In this document: positions 54,301-62,681 of the stretch, one piece after another
Numbering within the stretch: the first letter of the stretch is position 1
Layout of the letters: every line of letters starts with the position of its first letter
Source of the DNA: Bacteroidales bacterium
Lineage (GTDB): Bacteria > Bacteroidota > Bacteroidia > Bacteroidales > FEN-979
Length of the DNA stretch: 64,000 nucleotides
Direction: 5' to 3'
Assembly (NCBI GenBank): GCA_038212325.1
Contig: JBBQUQ010000004.1
Location: 154-64,153 of the forward strand
Position numbers and translations under genes: made by a program
Notes under the pieces: model-generated
Told to the model about the DNA's origin: nothing
What the model saw: only the letters and a program-made list of their open reading frames with translations
Databases searched by the model: none

Positions 54301-55433
54301 CCGATCACGTGGTCGGGCCTCGTGGCAAGGGTGTCGGTGCTCACACCGGCCAGCAGCCTGATTCTGCTGCGGGCATTGTAGCGCAGGGTCGACTTGAGGG
54401 TAAGGAGCGGATGGTAAGCCGTGTCGGCCTCCACCACGTAAACCCGGTTGTTCCAGATGCCGCCCTGGTCGTAATTGAGGGCGAATGAACGGTACAATGC
54501 GTATACAAAACCGGTGTCAGACCACCAGTTGCCATAGGAGTTGGCAATTTTAAAGCCCCCTTTTTCCCAGTCGCGGGCATCGACGGTGCCATCGCCGGTG
54601 ATGTCGATGTTGTTGGTATATTGTCCGTCCTTGTTCACGTCGAACCTGATGGAATCATTGTACCCGACCACCGCCAGCCCGTGCACCGGATCCGACTGCC
54701 AGCTGATGATCACATGCTTGCCGGCTTCGGCAGTTCCTGGCGGCAGCGTTCGCATGTTATATAGCGTTCCGCTGCTGGAGGTGTAGCAGGCGATTCCGCC
54801 GGTTGGCGACCCGTCGAGATGGTCGTACAGGTAATTCCGCAGGGTGTTGATCCCCTCGGTGCTGTTCACTTCGATGGCGTACACCTGCCTGATGCGGTTG
54901 AACATCCCCCGGTAATACTTGTCATACCCGCTGATCCAGCCGAGCACTGAGGTTGCGGTGTCAAACCCGTAATCATCCATCGTCATGTGCCCCTGCTGTT
55001 TGATCACGTCGAAACTCTGCAGGAAGTTGACCCCCGTAAACCGATCGCCCTGGTTCATGAAGTTCCAGGTGTAATGGGCCGGATAGCTGTTTTCCCAGTA
55101 CCAGCCGGGCGTGCCGCGCAGCCGGTTGATCTCGTACCCGAACACATAAGCCACCCCGCTGTATTGCTGGCAACTGTAAAAAATATACTGGTCCTGGATC
55201 CCCGGCCAGTAATCGTTTTTGGAATTATCCACCACCGCAGGCAGCGCCCGGTGGCGGTACTCCGCGGGAAGCTTAAGCAGGGGAACCTTCATGGCTACGA
55301 CAGAGTCGCATGCCCTGGCGTTGGCGGAATAAGCCGGAATCATCTGGCGAAACGGGGCCTCCTGCCCCATGAGCAGACCGGGGAACAGGGAAGCAAGAGC
55401 AATCCCAAGGATATAAAATTTGTAAAATTTCAT
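51366..55433 (-). CDS. Large T9SS-secreted protein: N-terminal papain-fold cysteine-peptidase-like domain, long beta-rich middle region, PKD domain and T9SS CTD
   Basis: Peptidase triad context: IQDQYIFYSCQQYSG (Cys), HGLAVVGYND (His) and IANSYGNWWSDTGF (Asn/Trp). The PKD block is VTFTDDS...WEFQGG...GTFDVKLTV. The CTD is FRIFPNPAAEEVTIEL...GLYFLSIRAGNESSTQKLIKN. The start at 55433 is supported by a -7 box. Confidence 0.6.
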   Translation of the reverse strand: MKFYKFYILGIALASLFPGLLMGQEAPFRQMIPAYSANARACDSVVAMKVPLLKLPAEYRHRALPAVVDNSKNDYWPGIQDQYIFYSCQQYSGVAYVFGYEINRLRGTPGWYWENSYPAHYTWNFMNQGDRFTGVNFLQSFDVIKQQGHMTMDDYGFDTATSVLGWISGYDKYYRGMFNRIRQVYAIEVNSTEGINTLRNYLYDHLDGSPTGGIACYTSSSGTLYNMRTLPPGTAEAGKHVIISWQSDPVHGLAVVGYNDSIRFDVNKDGQYTNNIDITGDGTVDARDWEKGGFKIANSYGNWWSDTGFVYALYRSFALNYDQGGIWNNRVYVVEADTAYHPLLTLKSTLRYNARSRIRLLAGVSTDTLATRPDHVIGFPVFNYQGGEHAMQGYDTIAGADSIELGLDVTPLLNFVPPGQAARYFFMVEERDPEHTGEGAIAHASFISYQGSPVEISANSHDVMINDNNTALVSAVAAVQKPAVQIVTSSLPPYNPGQPMQVQLQATGGRPPYDWSFVEAYHQKPSNAPEPLIAGNSIQVYHPTETFAPVALPFSFPFYGKQFDSIYVNYFGFIAFTRQNLPSPYITDETGMMRMFPLIAPSFSQQYTYQANKNDGIWFQADATRAIIRWKVSVNAYVPGSVDDFALILYPDGRFEICYGTMDNQGFVHTFYKGFSKGDEQNYDIQTQWNANETAGTSYLFYPPVVPAGMTLSKSGLLTVSEADPSVIYGLQVRVADAGRISDTKVLMLSTGLEVVHELICGAEARLQAGHAASMKLMVTNRSSLPLHNLALFLWSADPALLVTDSLYTVPLLNPGQTLTIPSAFSFRLSHALPSGYPAMLVLQAQSVAGSWKKELLFPVAAPELGIEAPRVADGLNGRLDPGEVADLVVTLKNTGTLQAQNLQLKLISVGADVAILSAPLIAIPKVERFAADEFHYRIKASRDADPGSEALMQLMLSDSSGVLQTLDFTLRIGARPVAVVSLSGSKASALAMCKALDSLKVAYDSIFILEFDYSRYASIFLILNTSNGGGFYLNQTVSTDLAAYLQHGGNLYLESYYSWYYYNQTVLMPMFQYTTRRIPGYFYTGVRGLPGTFTDSMSYDYTSPFNVSVFTLEPVVPAYATLTNSDSVPKNLEVVYDGSGYKTIGTMVDFSMLSGTSPPSTQVTLMQRYLEFFDLNTDGPYPLFHAAATSVCRGWEVTFTDDSFDSITSRSWEFQGGIPAASSDTNPVVRYDSSGTFDVKLTVSSGARTSTIMKQQYIHVGQCSGEAELSREPALFRIFPNPAAEEVTIELNRSVNGNCKLMLLDLTGRKVREVRHQFSLENKVVMDLSGLKKGLYFLSIRAGNESSTQKLIKN

Positions 55434-55441
55434 GGCAGAAG

Positions 55442-55449
55442 CAAAGTTA
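55442..55449 (-). promoter_or_regulatory. -7 box (TAACTTTG) for the large T9SS protein
   Basis: The reverse complement of caaagtta matches TAnnTTTG and ends 8 nt before the ATG at 55433. Confidence 0.4.
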
Positions 55450-55530
55450 CGAAGTTTTCCATGACCCATGATTGCGAATTTTTGATTACTTTAGCACGTG
55501 TAAAATAATGCTTCATCAATCAGCTCAAAT

Positions 55531-55881
55531 ATGAAAACCCTCCGCCCTATATTCACCATCATTCTCCTGGCCATGATCTGCAGCTGCAAGCATACTGTTC
55601 AATATGACTGCAGCGGTTATACCCCAACCTATACGCAAAATGTCAAACCAATCCTGGATGTGACCTGTGCCCGTTCGGGATGCCACGGCGCCGGTGAAGC
55701 TGAAGCAGGGATAGATCTTTCAACCTATTCAGGGTCGGCTGCTGCCAGCAAAAACAAGAACTTCATGGGCGCCATCCAGCACAAGCCTTTTTACAAGAAA
55801 ATGCCACAGGATGCAGATATGCTCACGGATACGCAGATCCACCTGTTGTTTTGCTGGATTGAGAATGGATCGCCGGAGTAG
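55531..55881 (+). CDS. Small lipoprotein with a PSCyt1-like (planctomycete cytochrome-c-like) domain
   Basis: Lipobox LLAMICSC. VKPILDVTCARSGCHGAG...KMPQD...LTDTQIHLLFCWIENG resembles the PSCyt1 pattern. The Cys spacing is CxxxxCH, not the canonical CxxCH. Confidence 0.4.
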   Translation: MKTLRPIFTIILLAMICSCKHTVQYDCSGYTPTYTQNVKPILDVTCARSGCHGAGEAEAGIDLSTYSGSAAASKNKNFMGAIQHKPFYKKMPQDADMLTDTQIHLLFCWIENGSPE

Positions 55882-55899
55882 ACATTAATTTACGAATAT

Positions 55900-55918
55900 G
55901 GGAATGTTCGTCATTCCC
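55900..55918. terminator. Hairpin between convergent genes (7-bp stem, 5-nt loop)
   Basis: gggaatg / ttcgt / cattccc, located between the stops at 55881 and 55919. No clear U-tract. Confidence 0.35.
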
Positions 55919-57457
55919 CTACAGCGGTATGTTCCCGTGCTTCTTCGGGGGGTTGGTCTTGCTTTTGTTCTGGGTGAGTTCCAGCGCCTGAATCAGCTTG
56001 GTTCGGGTTTGCCGCGGAAAGATGATCTCGTCAATATAGCCCAGTTCGGCCGCCTTGTATGGGTTGGCGAAGGTTTGGCGGTAATGGTCAACGGCTTCGA
56101 GGCGGTCGGCCTCGTTGAGTTTCCCCTTATGTATGATGTTCACGGCGCCTTCGGGCCCCATCACGGCGATTTCGGCCGTGGGATAGGCATAGTTCACATC
56201 GGCGCCGATGTGCTTGCTCGACATTACGTCGTAGGCTCCTCCGTATGCTTTCCGCGTAATCAGGGTGATCTTCGGCACGGTGGCTTCTGAAAAGGCGTAG
56301 AGCAGCTTGGCCCCGTGCTTGATGATGCCGCCGAACTCCTGGTTGGTGCCTGGCAGGAACCCCGGAACATCCACGAAGGTGATGATGGGGATGTTGAAGC
56401 AGTCGCAGAACCTTACAAACCGCGCAGCTTTGATGGATGAATTAATATCGAGCACCCCGGCCAGGAACGCAGGCTGGTTGGCCACGATGCCCACCGGCTT
56501 ACCGCCCAGGCGGGCAAACCCGGTGAGGATATTCTGCGCATAGTGGGGCGCCACTTCGAAAAAGTTATGGTTGTCCACCACCGTGGTGATGATATCTTTC
56601 ATGTCGTAGGGCTTGTTCGGGTCGGCGGGAACCACCATCTGCAGTTTCTCATCCTGCCGCATCACATCGTCGGTGCAGGGTTGTGTAGGCGGATCTTCCA
56701 TGTTGTTCGACGGCAAAAAGCTCATCAGTTCGCGGATCATCATCAGGATCTGCTCATCGTTCTCTGCGGCGAAATGGGCAACCCCGCTCTTGGTGTTGTG
56801 CGACATGGCACCGCCCAGCTCTTCCATGGTCACCTCTTCGTGGGTCACTGTTTTGATCACCTCGGGACCGGTGACGAACATGTAGCTCGACTCCTTCACC
56901 ATGAAGATGAAATCGGTCATGGCCGGGGAATAGACCGCACCGCCGGCGCAGGGCCCCATGATGGCCGAAATCTGCGGGATCACGCCCGAAGCCATCACAT
57001 TGCGGTAGAAAATGTCGGCATACCCGGCGAGGCTTTCAACCCCCTCCTGGATGCGTGCGCCCCCCGAGTCGTTGAGCCCGATGAGCGGTGCGCCCATGCG
57101 CATGGCCATATCCATGATCTTGACCACCTTGTCGGCGTTGGCCCGACTCATTGTACCGCCGAACACGGTAAAGTCCTGGGCAAAAACGAAGGTGAGCCGC
57201 CCGTCGATTTTGCCGTAGCCGGTCACCATGCCGTCGCCGGGCACCTTGTTGTGCCCCATACCGAAATCGTGGCACCGGTGGATGATCAGCTTGTCCATTT
57301 CGACGAACGTGTCGACATCCAGCAGGGTCAGCACCCGCTCACGGGCAGTCATCCTGCCGTTCTTATGGATCTTGGCGATCTTCTCGGCGCCGCCGCCCAA
57401 CTCGGCTTTGCGGTTCCTGTCTTCGAAAAAACGGTAACGGTCTTCTATGGTTTGCAT
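55919..57457 (-). CDS. Acyl-CoA carboxylase carboxyltransferase subunit (propionyl-/methylmalonyl-CoA type)
   Basis: 512 aa with family blocks [33 protein letters not shown] and [12 protein letters not shown]. Confidence 0.9.
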   Translation of the reverse strand: MQTIEDRYRFFEDRNRKAELGGGAEKIAKIHKNGRMTARERVLTLLDVDTFVEMDKLIIHRCHDFGMGHNKVPGDGMVTGYGKIDGRLTFVFAQDFTVFGGTMSRANADKVVKIMDMAMRMGAPLIGLNDSGGARIQEGVESLAGYADIFYRNVMASGVIPQISAIMGPCAGGAVYSPAMTDFIFMVKESSYMFVTGPEVIKTVTHEEVTMEELGGAMSHNTKSGVAHFAAENDEQILMMIRELMSFLPSNNMEDPPTQPCTDDVMRQDEKLQMVVPADPNKPYDMKDIITTVVDNHNFFEVAPHYAQNILTGFARLGGKPVGIVANQPAFLAGVLDINSSIKAARFVRFCDCFNIPIITFVDVPGFLPGTNQEFGGIIKHGAKLLYAFSEATVPKITLITRKAYGGAYDVMSSKHIGADVNYAYPTAEIAVMGPEGAVNIIHKGKLNEADRLEAVDHYRQTFANPYKAAELGYIDEIIFPRQTRTKLIQALELTQNKSKTNPPKKHGNIPL

Positions 57458-57499
57458 ATGCGGTTGATTTTGGTCAGGGGTTTAATTGCAGACAGGAGG

Positions 57500-58021
57500 T
57501 CAAGCGGACGGGCTTTCAAGTTTGATCATCACCTGGTGCGAATCGACGGTGTCGCCTTCCTTCACCAGTATCGCCTGTACGATCTTGTCGCCGGTGGCTT
57601 TGAATTCGCTCTGCATCTTCATGGCTTCCACCACGATAAGAGTGTCGCCTGCGGCCACGGTGTCGCCAACCTTCACGGGGATTTTAACAATCTTCCCGGG
57701 CATGGGCGACGCGACCTGGTTCGAACCCTCCACCTCCATCCCCTGGTTGCGGTTGGCGATGTATTTCGATTCCGCGTCGATCACCTCGGCGTTGAAGGTT
57801 TTGGCAAAGGTGTTCACGATGAACTTTTTGCTTGATTCACCCCGGATGAGTTCCACATTATAGGAATGTCCGTGGTAGAGGATCGAATAAACCCCGTTCT
57901 CCACTTCCACGATGTCGAGGTCGTATTTCAAGTCGTCGACCTTGATGAGCGCCTTGTGGCCGGACCTGTTGAGCAGTTCTACCTTGGCCGTGCGGTGTTC
58001 AATACTTACTTCGTATGCCAT
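57500..58021 (-). CDS. Biotin carboxyl carrier protein
   Basis: C-terminal biotinyl domain with the EAMKMQ motif. Confidence 0.85.
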   Translation of the reverse strand: MAYEVSIEHRTAKVELLNRSGHKALIKVDDLKYDLDIVEVENGVYSILYHGHSYNVELIRGESSKKFIVNTFAKTFNAEVIDAESKYIANRNQGMEVEGSNQVASPMPGKIVKIPVKVGDTVAAGDTLIVVEAMKMQSEFKATGDKIVQAILVKEGDTVDSHQVMIKLESPSA

Positions 58022-58030
58022 GATGTTCGT

Positions 58031-59539
58031 TTATAATCGTAAAACATTCCGTTTGCGGCCAAAGTCTTTCCAGTTGGAGCCCAGCTCTTCAGTGTATTTC
58101 GGCGGCTGGATCTCGGCAAGCTTGTCGAGGTAATCGATGAAAGCGGCGATGATGGCCATGTCTTCGCATTCGGTGCCGCAAAGTTTCGTGGTGAAGAGCC
58201 GCGCGTGGTTATCTTCGATGAAATGGGTGTTGTAATTACCATCGATAAAGGCGGGAGCATCCATGATGCGCTCCAGGAACTTGATCGAGGTTTTCACCCC
58301 GGTGATCTTGTATTCGTACAACGCCCTGCGCATCCGGGCGATCGACTCTTTGCGCGTCTTGCCCCAGGTGATCAGCTTGCAGATCATGGGGTCGTAATGC
58401 ATCGGGATCTCGTACCCTTCGTACACATAGCCGTCGTAACGCACGCCCAGCCCCAGCGGAACAGTGATGTGCTTGATCACGCCCGGATTCGGCATGAAGT
58501 TGTTGTCGGGGTCCTCGGCATAGATGCGGCACTGTATGGCGTGGCCGTTCTGCTGCAGCTCCTCCTGTTTGAAAGAAAGCGGCAGCCCGTTGGCGATGTT
58601 GATCTGCTCCTTCACCAGGTCGACACCCACGACACGCTCGGTGACAGGATGCTCCACCTGCAGGCGGGTGTTCATTTCGAGGAAGTAGTAGTCGCGCTGG
58701 TCGTTGACGATGAATTCGATGGTACCGGCCCCTTCATAGTTGACCGCTTTGGCGGCAGCCACGGCCTTCTCCCCCATCTCCCTGCGCAGTTCGGGCGTCA
58801 TGAGCGGCGATGGTGTCTCTTCGATCACCTTCTGGTGGCGGCGCTGGATAGAGCATTCGCGCTCGAACAGGTGCACCACGTTGCCATGCTGGTCGGCGAG
58901 TATCTGGAATTCGATGTGGTGCGGCGATTCGATGTATTTCTCGATGTACACCGCGTCGTCGCCGAAGGCGTTCATGGCCTCCGATTTGGCCATGCGCAGC
59001 GAGGGGATCAGTTCCGCCATCTTTTTTACCAGCCGCATTCCCTTGCCGCCGCCCCCTGCGGATGCTTTGATCATGATGGGCAACCCGATCTCCTTGACGA
59101 CTTCAACTGCCTTGACTTCATCAGTCAGTTTCTCCTTGGTTCCCGGCACGACCGGCACCCCCGAAGCGATCATGGTTTGCCGCGCGGTGATCTTGTCGCC
59201 CATCGTTCTGATGGCATAGGCGTCGGGCCCGATGAACTTGATCCCTTCTGCTTTGCAGCGCTCTGAAAAGCCGGCATTTTCCGAAAGAAACCCATATCCC
59301 GGGTGGATGGCGTCGGCGCCCGCCTTTTTCGCGGCCCCTATAATGGCATCGATGTTCAGGTAGCTTTCGCGCGATGGCGGCGGCCCGATGCAGTAAGCTT
59401 CATCGGCGTACCGCACATGCATGGCCTGGCGGTCGGCGTCGGAAAACACCGCCACGGTCACAAGTCCAAGCTCGCGGCACGACCGCATCACCCTGACGGC
59501 GATCTCGCCCCGGTTGGCGACCAATACATTTTTAATCAT
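58031..59539 (-). CDS. accC: Biotin carboxylase
   Basis: MIKNVLVANRGEIAVRVMR, GGGGKGMR and EMNTRLQVEHPVTE. Confidence 0.95.
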   Translation of the reverse strand: MIKNVLVANRGEIAVRVMRSCRELGLVTVAVFSDADRQAMHVRYADEAYCIGPPPSRESYLNIDAIIGAAKKAGADAIHPGYGFLSENAGFSERCKAEGIKFIGPDAYAIRTMGDKITARQTMIASGVPVVPGTKEKLTDEVKAVEVVKEIGLPIMIKASAGGGGKGMRLVKKMAELIPSLRMAKSEAMNAFGDDAVYIEKYIESPHHIEFQILADQHGNVVHLFERECSIQRRHQKVIEETPSPLMTPELRREMGEKAVAAAKAVNYEGAGTIEFIVNDQRDYYFLEMNTRLQVEHPVTERVVGVDLVKEQINIANGLPLSFKQEELQQNGHAIQCRIYAEDPDNNFMPNPGVIKHITVPLGLGVRYDGYVYEGYEIPMHYDPMICKLITWGKTRKESIARMRRALYEYKITGVKTSIKFLERIMDAPAFIDGNYNTHFIEDNHARLFTTKLCGTECEDMAIIAAFIDYLDKLAEIQPPKYTEELGSNWKDFGRKRNVLRL

Positions 59540-59584
59540 GGAGTGAACTGTTAAACACTATTTATTCTGATTCTAAGCATCTGA

Positions 59585-59592
59585 CAAAACTA
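59585..59592 (-). promoter_or_regulatory. -7 box (TAGTTTTG) for the carboxylase operon
   Basis: The reverse complement of caaaacta matches TAnnTTTG, 45 nt upstream of the ATG at 59539. Confidence 0.35.
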
Positions 59593-59657
59593 TTAAAAAT
59601 TAGCTTTGTATAGGAAAAAACGGGTGGAGATTTAAGGTTATTTAACATTTTGCAGAC

Positions 59658-59721
59658 GGGTGACAAGGTGACTGGTAACGAGTCACCAGTCACCTTGTTA
59701 CATAGTTACCCTGTTATATGC
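59658..59721. repeat. 8-nt periodic word array that switches polarity (GGTGAC to GTCACC to GTTAC), creating a 13-bp inverted repeat
   Basis: gggtgaca aggtgact ggtaacga gtcaccag tcaccttg ttacatag ttaccctg ttatatgc. The inverted repeat is acaaggtgactgg (59663-59675) and ccagtcaccttgt (59686-59698), separated by a 10-nt spacer. Confidence 0.85.
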
Positions 59722-59806
59722 AGCCCTTTCATGGCTGGTAAGGCTTTTAAGCACTCCTTTTTAGCCCTGTTTCACATAAGATATAAATTATTCCAAGTGA
59801 ATCCTA

Positions 59807-59814
59807 TATCTTTG
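59807..59814 (+). promoter_or_regulatory. -7 box (TATCTTTG) for the ABC exporter gene
   Basis: Matches TAnnTTTG and ends 5 nt before the ATG at 59820. Confidence 0.4.
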
Positions 59815-59819
59815 CGCCA

Positions 59820-61640
59820 ATGAAAAGATTTTTCAAAATTCTGCGTTATGCAGGCCCTTACTGGGTTTATGCCATGCTTAACGTGGTGTTCAACATCCTT
59901 TCGGTTCTCTTTTCGCTGGTCCAGTTCACCCTGTTTATCCCGGTGTTGCAGATGCTCTTCCACAGCATGGAAATTCCGGATTCGGCCCCCCCGATGCGCA
60001 TGGAGATCAATGCGATCAAGGACAATTTCTACTATTATTGCGGACAGCTGCTCGAACGGTACGGCAACGAGAAAATACTGATCTATATCTGCATCACCAT
60101 CGTCACGCTTTTTTTCCTGAAAAACCTCTTCAGGTACCTTGCCATGTATTTCCTCGCAGTGGTGCGCAACGGCGTGGTGAAGGACCTGCGCAACGACCTT
60201 TACCTTAAAATCCTGATCCTTCCGTTGTCGTTCTTCAACGAAAAACGCAAGGGCGACATCATCGCCCGCATGACCACCGATGTGCAGGAGGTGGAATGGT
60301 CGATCATGAGCTCGCTGGAAATGGCCTTCCGCGACCCGATCACGATGATCACCTACATCATCACCCTGTTCGTCATCAGTCCGTCGCTCACCGTATTTGT
60401 ACTCGTTTTGCTCCCTGTCAGCGGGTTCATCATCGGCCGCATCGGCAAAAGCCTCAAGCGCACCTCCGACAAAGGGCAGTACAAAATGGGCGTACTGCTT
60501 TCGATGATCGAAGAGACGATCTCGGGGCTGCGCATCATCAAGGCGTTCAATGCCATCGGGTTTGCCGACAAACGCTTCAGGCAGACCAATCATGAGTATA
60601 ACCGCCTGATGATCAGACTATACCGGAAGCGAGATCTCGCTTCGCCGCTCAGCGAATTCCTCAGCGCCTGCGTGGTGAGCATCGTGCTGTGGTATGGCGG
60701 AAAACTTGTATTCACCCCCGGGAATTTTCTCGATGCCGCCGCATTCCTGGTCTACCTGGGGATATTCTCCCAGCTCATGCCTCCTGCCAAGGCCATTACC
60801 CAGGCGTTTTACAACATACAGAAGGGGGCCGCATCTGTCGACCGCATCGAACAGGTGCTGGCCGAGCCCGAAGTGATCGAGGAGAAACCCGATGCCATCA
60901 GCAAAAAGGAGTTCCATGCCGAAATCGAATACCGGAATGTCGGTTTCTCCTACGCGCACGAACCGGTGCTCAATAACATCTGCCTGGCGATCCCCAAGGG
61001 GCGCACCATCGCGGTGGTAGGCCCGTCGGGCGGGGGTAAGTCGACCATGGTCGACCTGCTGCCGCGCTTTTACGACTGCGTGGAGGGAGGCATTTTTATC
61101 GATGGCACCGACATCCGCGACCTCATGATCAATGACCTGCGAGGCCTGATGGGGATCGTATCGCAGGAGACCATCCTGTTCAACGACACAGTTTTCAGCA
61201 ACATCGCCTTCGGCATGGAAAACGTGAGCGAACCCGACGTTGTGGCTGCAGCCAAGGTTGCCAACGCCCATGAATTCATCGAAAAAATGGCCCAGGGATA
61301 TGCCACCAACATCGGCGACCGGGGTATCAAGCTTTCAGGCGGTCAGCGCCAGCGGCTTAGTATCGCCCGTGCCGTGCTTAGAAACCCGCCGATCCTGATC
61401 CTCGACGAGGCCACCTCGGCGCTCGACACCGAATCGGAGCGGCTCGTCCAGCAGGCCCTCGAAAACCTGATGCGCAACCGTACCTCGGTGGTCATCGCCC
61501 ACCGCTTGTCGACCATCCAGTTTGCCGACGAGATCATCGTGCTGCAAAGCGGAGTGCTGGTTGAGCGGGGCACGCATAACGACCTGCTGGAAAGGAACGG
61601 GGTGTACAGGAAATTGTATGATTTGCAGTCGTTTGTGTAA
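59820..61640 (+). CDS. ABC exporter, fused permease/ATPase (MsbA-like lipid exporter family)
   Basis: A 6-TM N-terminal half, Walker A GPSGGGKST, signature LSGGQRQR and Walker B ILILDEATSALD. Confidence 0.9.
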   Translation: MKRFFKILRYAGPYWVYAMLNVVFNILSVLFSLVQFTLFIPVLQMLFHSMEIPDSAPPMRMEINAIKDNFYYYCGQLLERYGNEKILIYICITIVTLFFLKNLFRYLAMYFLAVVRNGVVKDLRNDLYLKILILPLSFFNEKRKGDIIARMTTDVQEVEWSIMSSLEMAFRDPITMITYIITLFVISPSLTVFVLVLLPVSGFIIGRIGKSLKRTSDKGQYKMGVLLSMIEETISGLRIIKAFNAIGFADKRFRQTNHEYNRLMIRLYRKRDLASPLSEFLSACVVSIVLWYGGKLVFTPGNFLDAAAFLVYLGIFSQLMPPAKAITQAFYNIQKGAASVDRIEQVLAEPEVIEEKPDAISKKEFHAEIEYRNVGFSYAHEPVLNNICLAIPKGRTIAVVGPSGGGKSTMVDLLPRFYDCVEGGIFIDGTDIRDLMINDLRGLMGIVSQETILFNDTVFSNIAFGMENVSEPDVVAAAKVANAHEFIEKMAQGYATNIGDRGIKLSGGQRQRLSIARAVLRNPPILILDEATSALDTESERLVQQALENLMRNRTSVVIAHRLSTIQFADEIIVLQSGVLVERGTHNDLLERNGVYRKLYDLQSFV

Positions 61641-61737
61641 ATTGTTTACATCGGGGCTGTCCATTTGGGACAGCATATGCGAAGAAAGAGCATTGCAATT
61701 GAAAATCATATCCCGCAGGGACTAAACAGCAGATCTT

Positions 61738-62667
61738 ATGAGCGAAAAAACAAAAGGACGATCCATATTATTGTGCGTGTACCTCGTTGCACTCAGCGCC
61801 GGCGCCCTGGCATCCACACTTTCAGGGCTGAATATTCTCATGGCTTCGGCGGTGGCTGTCGCAGCAACGGTAGCAGTGATTTTCACCGGAAGCATCTTAT
61901 TCAACAACTCGAGCGTGTTCGACCCTTACTGGAGTGTGGCGCCCCCGCTGATGGTGATTTTTTATATTGCCGGCATCCTTCAGTTAGACGACCGCATGCG
62001 GAACGCCTCATCAGGAATCATGGAATTTTTGCTTCATTCGCCCAGGATCAGCGTGATCCTGCTCCTTACCTTCGCCTATGCTGCCCGCCTTACCTGGAAC
62101 TTCCTGCGCGGCTGGCCGGGAATGAAGCATGAGGACTGGCGCTACACCGATTTTCGCGCCAGCACCGGCAAGGCCTACTGGCTCGTGAGTGTGGGGGGCA
62201 TTCATTTGTTCCCGGCACTCATGGTTTTCGGCGGAACCCTGCCGATGTGGGTGGTGGTGGTCTATGGGTACCGGCCAACCAACCTGCTCGACCTCGCTGC
62301 CATCCTGGTAACCGGTTACGCCATCCTGCTGGAGGCCGCAGCCGACAAGCAGCTCCGGAAATTCGTGGCCGGCAACCCGGAGGCCGGCAAAACCATGGAC
62401 AAGGGCCTGTGGTCGCTGTCGCGGCACCCGAACTACCTGGGCGAGATCCTCTTTTGGTGGGGGCTTTACCTCTTCGCACTGGCTGCAAATCCAGGCTATT
62501 GGTGGGTTATCATCGGCCCGCTGGCCATCACCGTGATGTTCATCTTTGCCAGCATCCCGATGATCGAAAAACGAATGCTGAAACGCCGCAGCGACTACGA
62601 AAACTACCGGAAGCACGTCAGCATGCTGATTCCTTGGAAGAAACTGAGAAATTGGGAAAACGTTTAG
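61738..62667 (+). CDS. DUF1295 / ICMT-like membrane methyltransferase-reductase-fold protein
   Basis: The block LSRHPNYLGEILFWWGLY is typical of DUF1295 / steroid 5-alpha-reductase-like proteins. Polytopic. Confidence 0.7.
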   Translation: MSEKTKGRSILLCVYLVALSAGALASTLSGLNILMASAVAVAATVAVIFTGSILFNNSSVFDPYWSVAPPLMVIFYIAGILQLDDRMRNASSGIMEFLLHSPRISVILLLTFAYAARLTWNFLRGWPGMKHEDWRYTDFRASTGKAYWLVSVGGIHLFPALMVFGGTLPMWVVVVYGYRPTNLLDLAAILVTGYAILLEAAADKQLRKFVAGNPEAGKTMDKGLWSLSRHPNYLGEILFWWGLYLFALAANPGYWWVIIGPLAITVMFIFASIPMIEKRMLKRRSDYENYRKHVSMLIPWKKLRNWENV

Positions 62668-62680
62668 TCACCCGTCACCC
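62667..62680. repeat. GTCACCC x2 tandem heptamer between convergent stop codons
   Basis: gtcaccc gtcaccc. The first base is the last base of the TAG stop at 62665-62667, and the next stop is at 62682-62684. Confidence 0.8.
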
Positions 62681-62681
62681 A

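Noticed and set aside
56543-57835. A 430-aa + strand ORF. Similar long ORFs lie at 58205-59266, 21829-22962, 59772-60593, 60618-61271, 18248-18955, 19262-19969, 26577-27206, 32628-33419, 46252-46962, 47349-47951, 54987-55508 and 62011-62616.
   Set aside because: All lie antisense to high-confidence conserved genes and have biased H/G/R/V/D-rich composition with no recognisable motifs. They are shadow ORFs.
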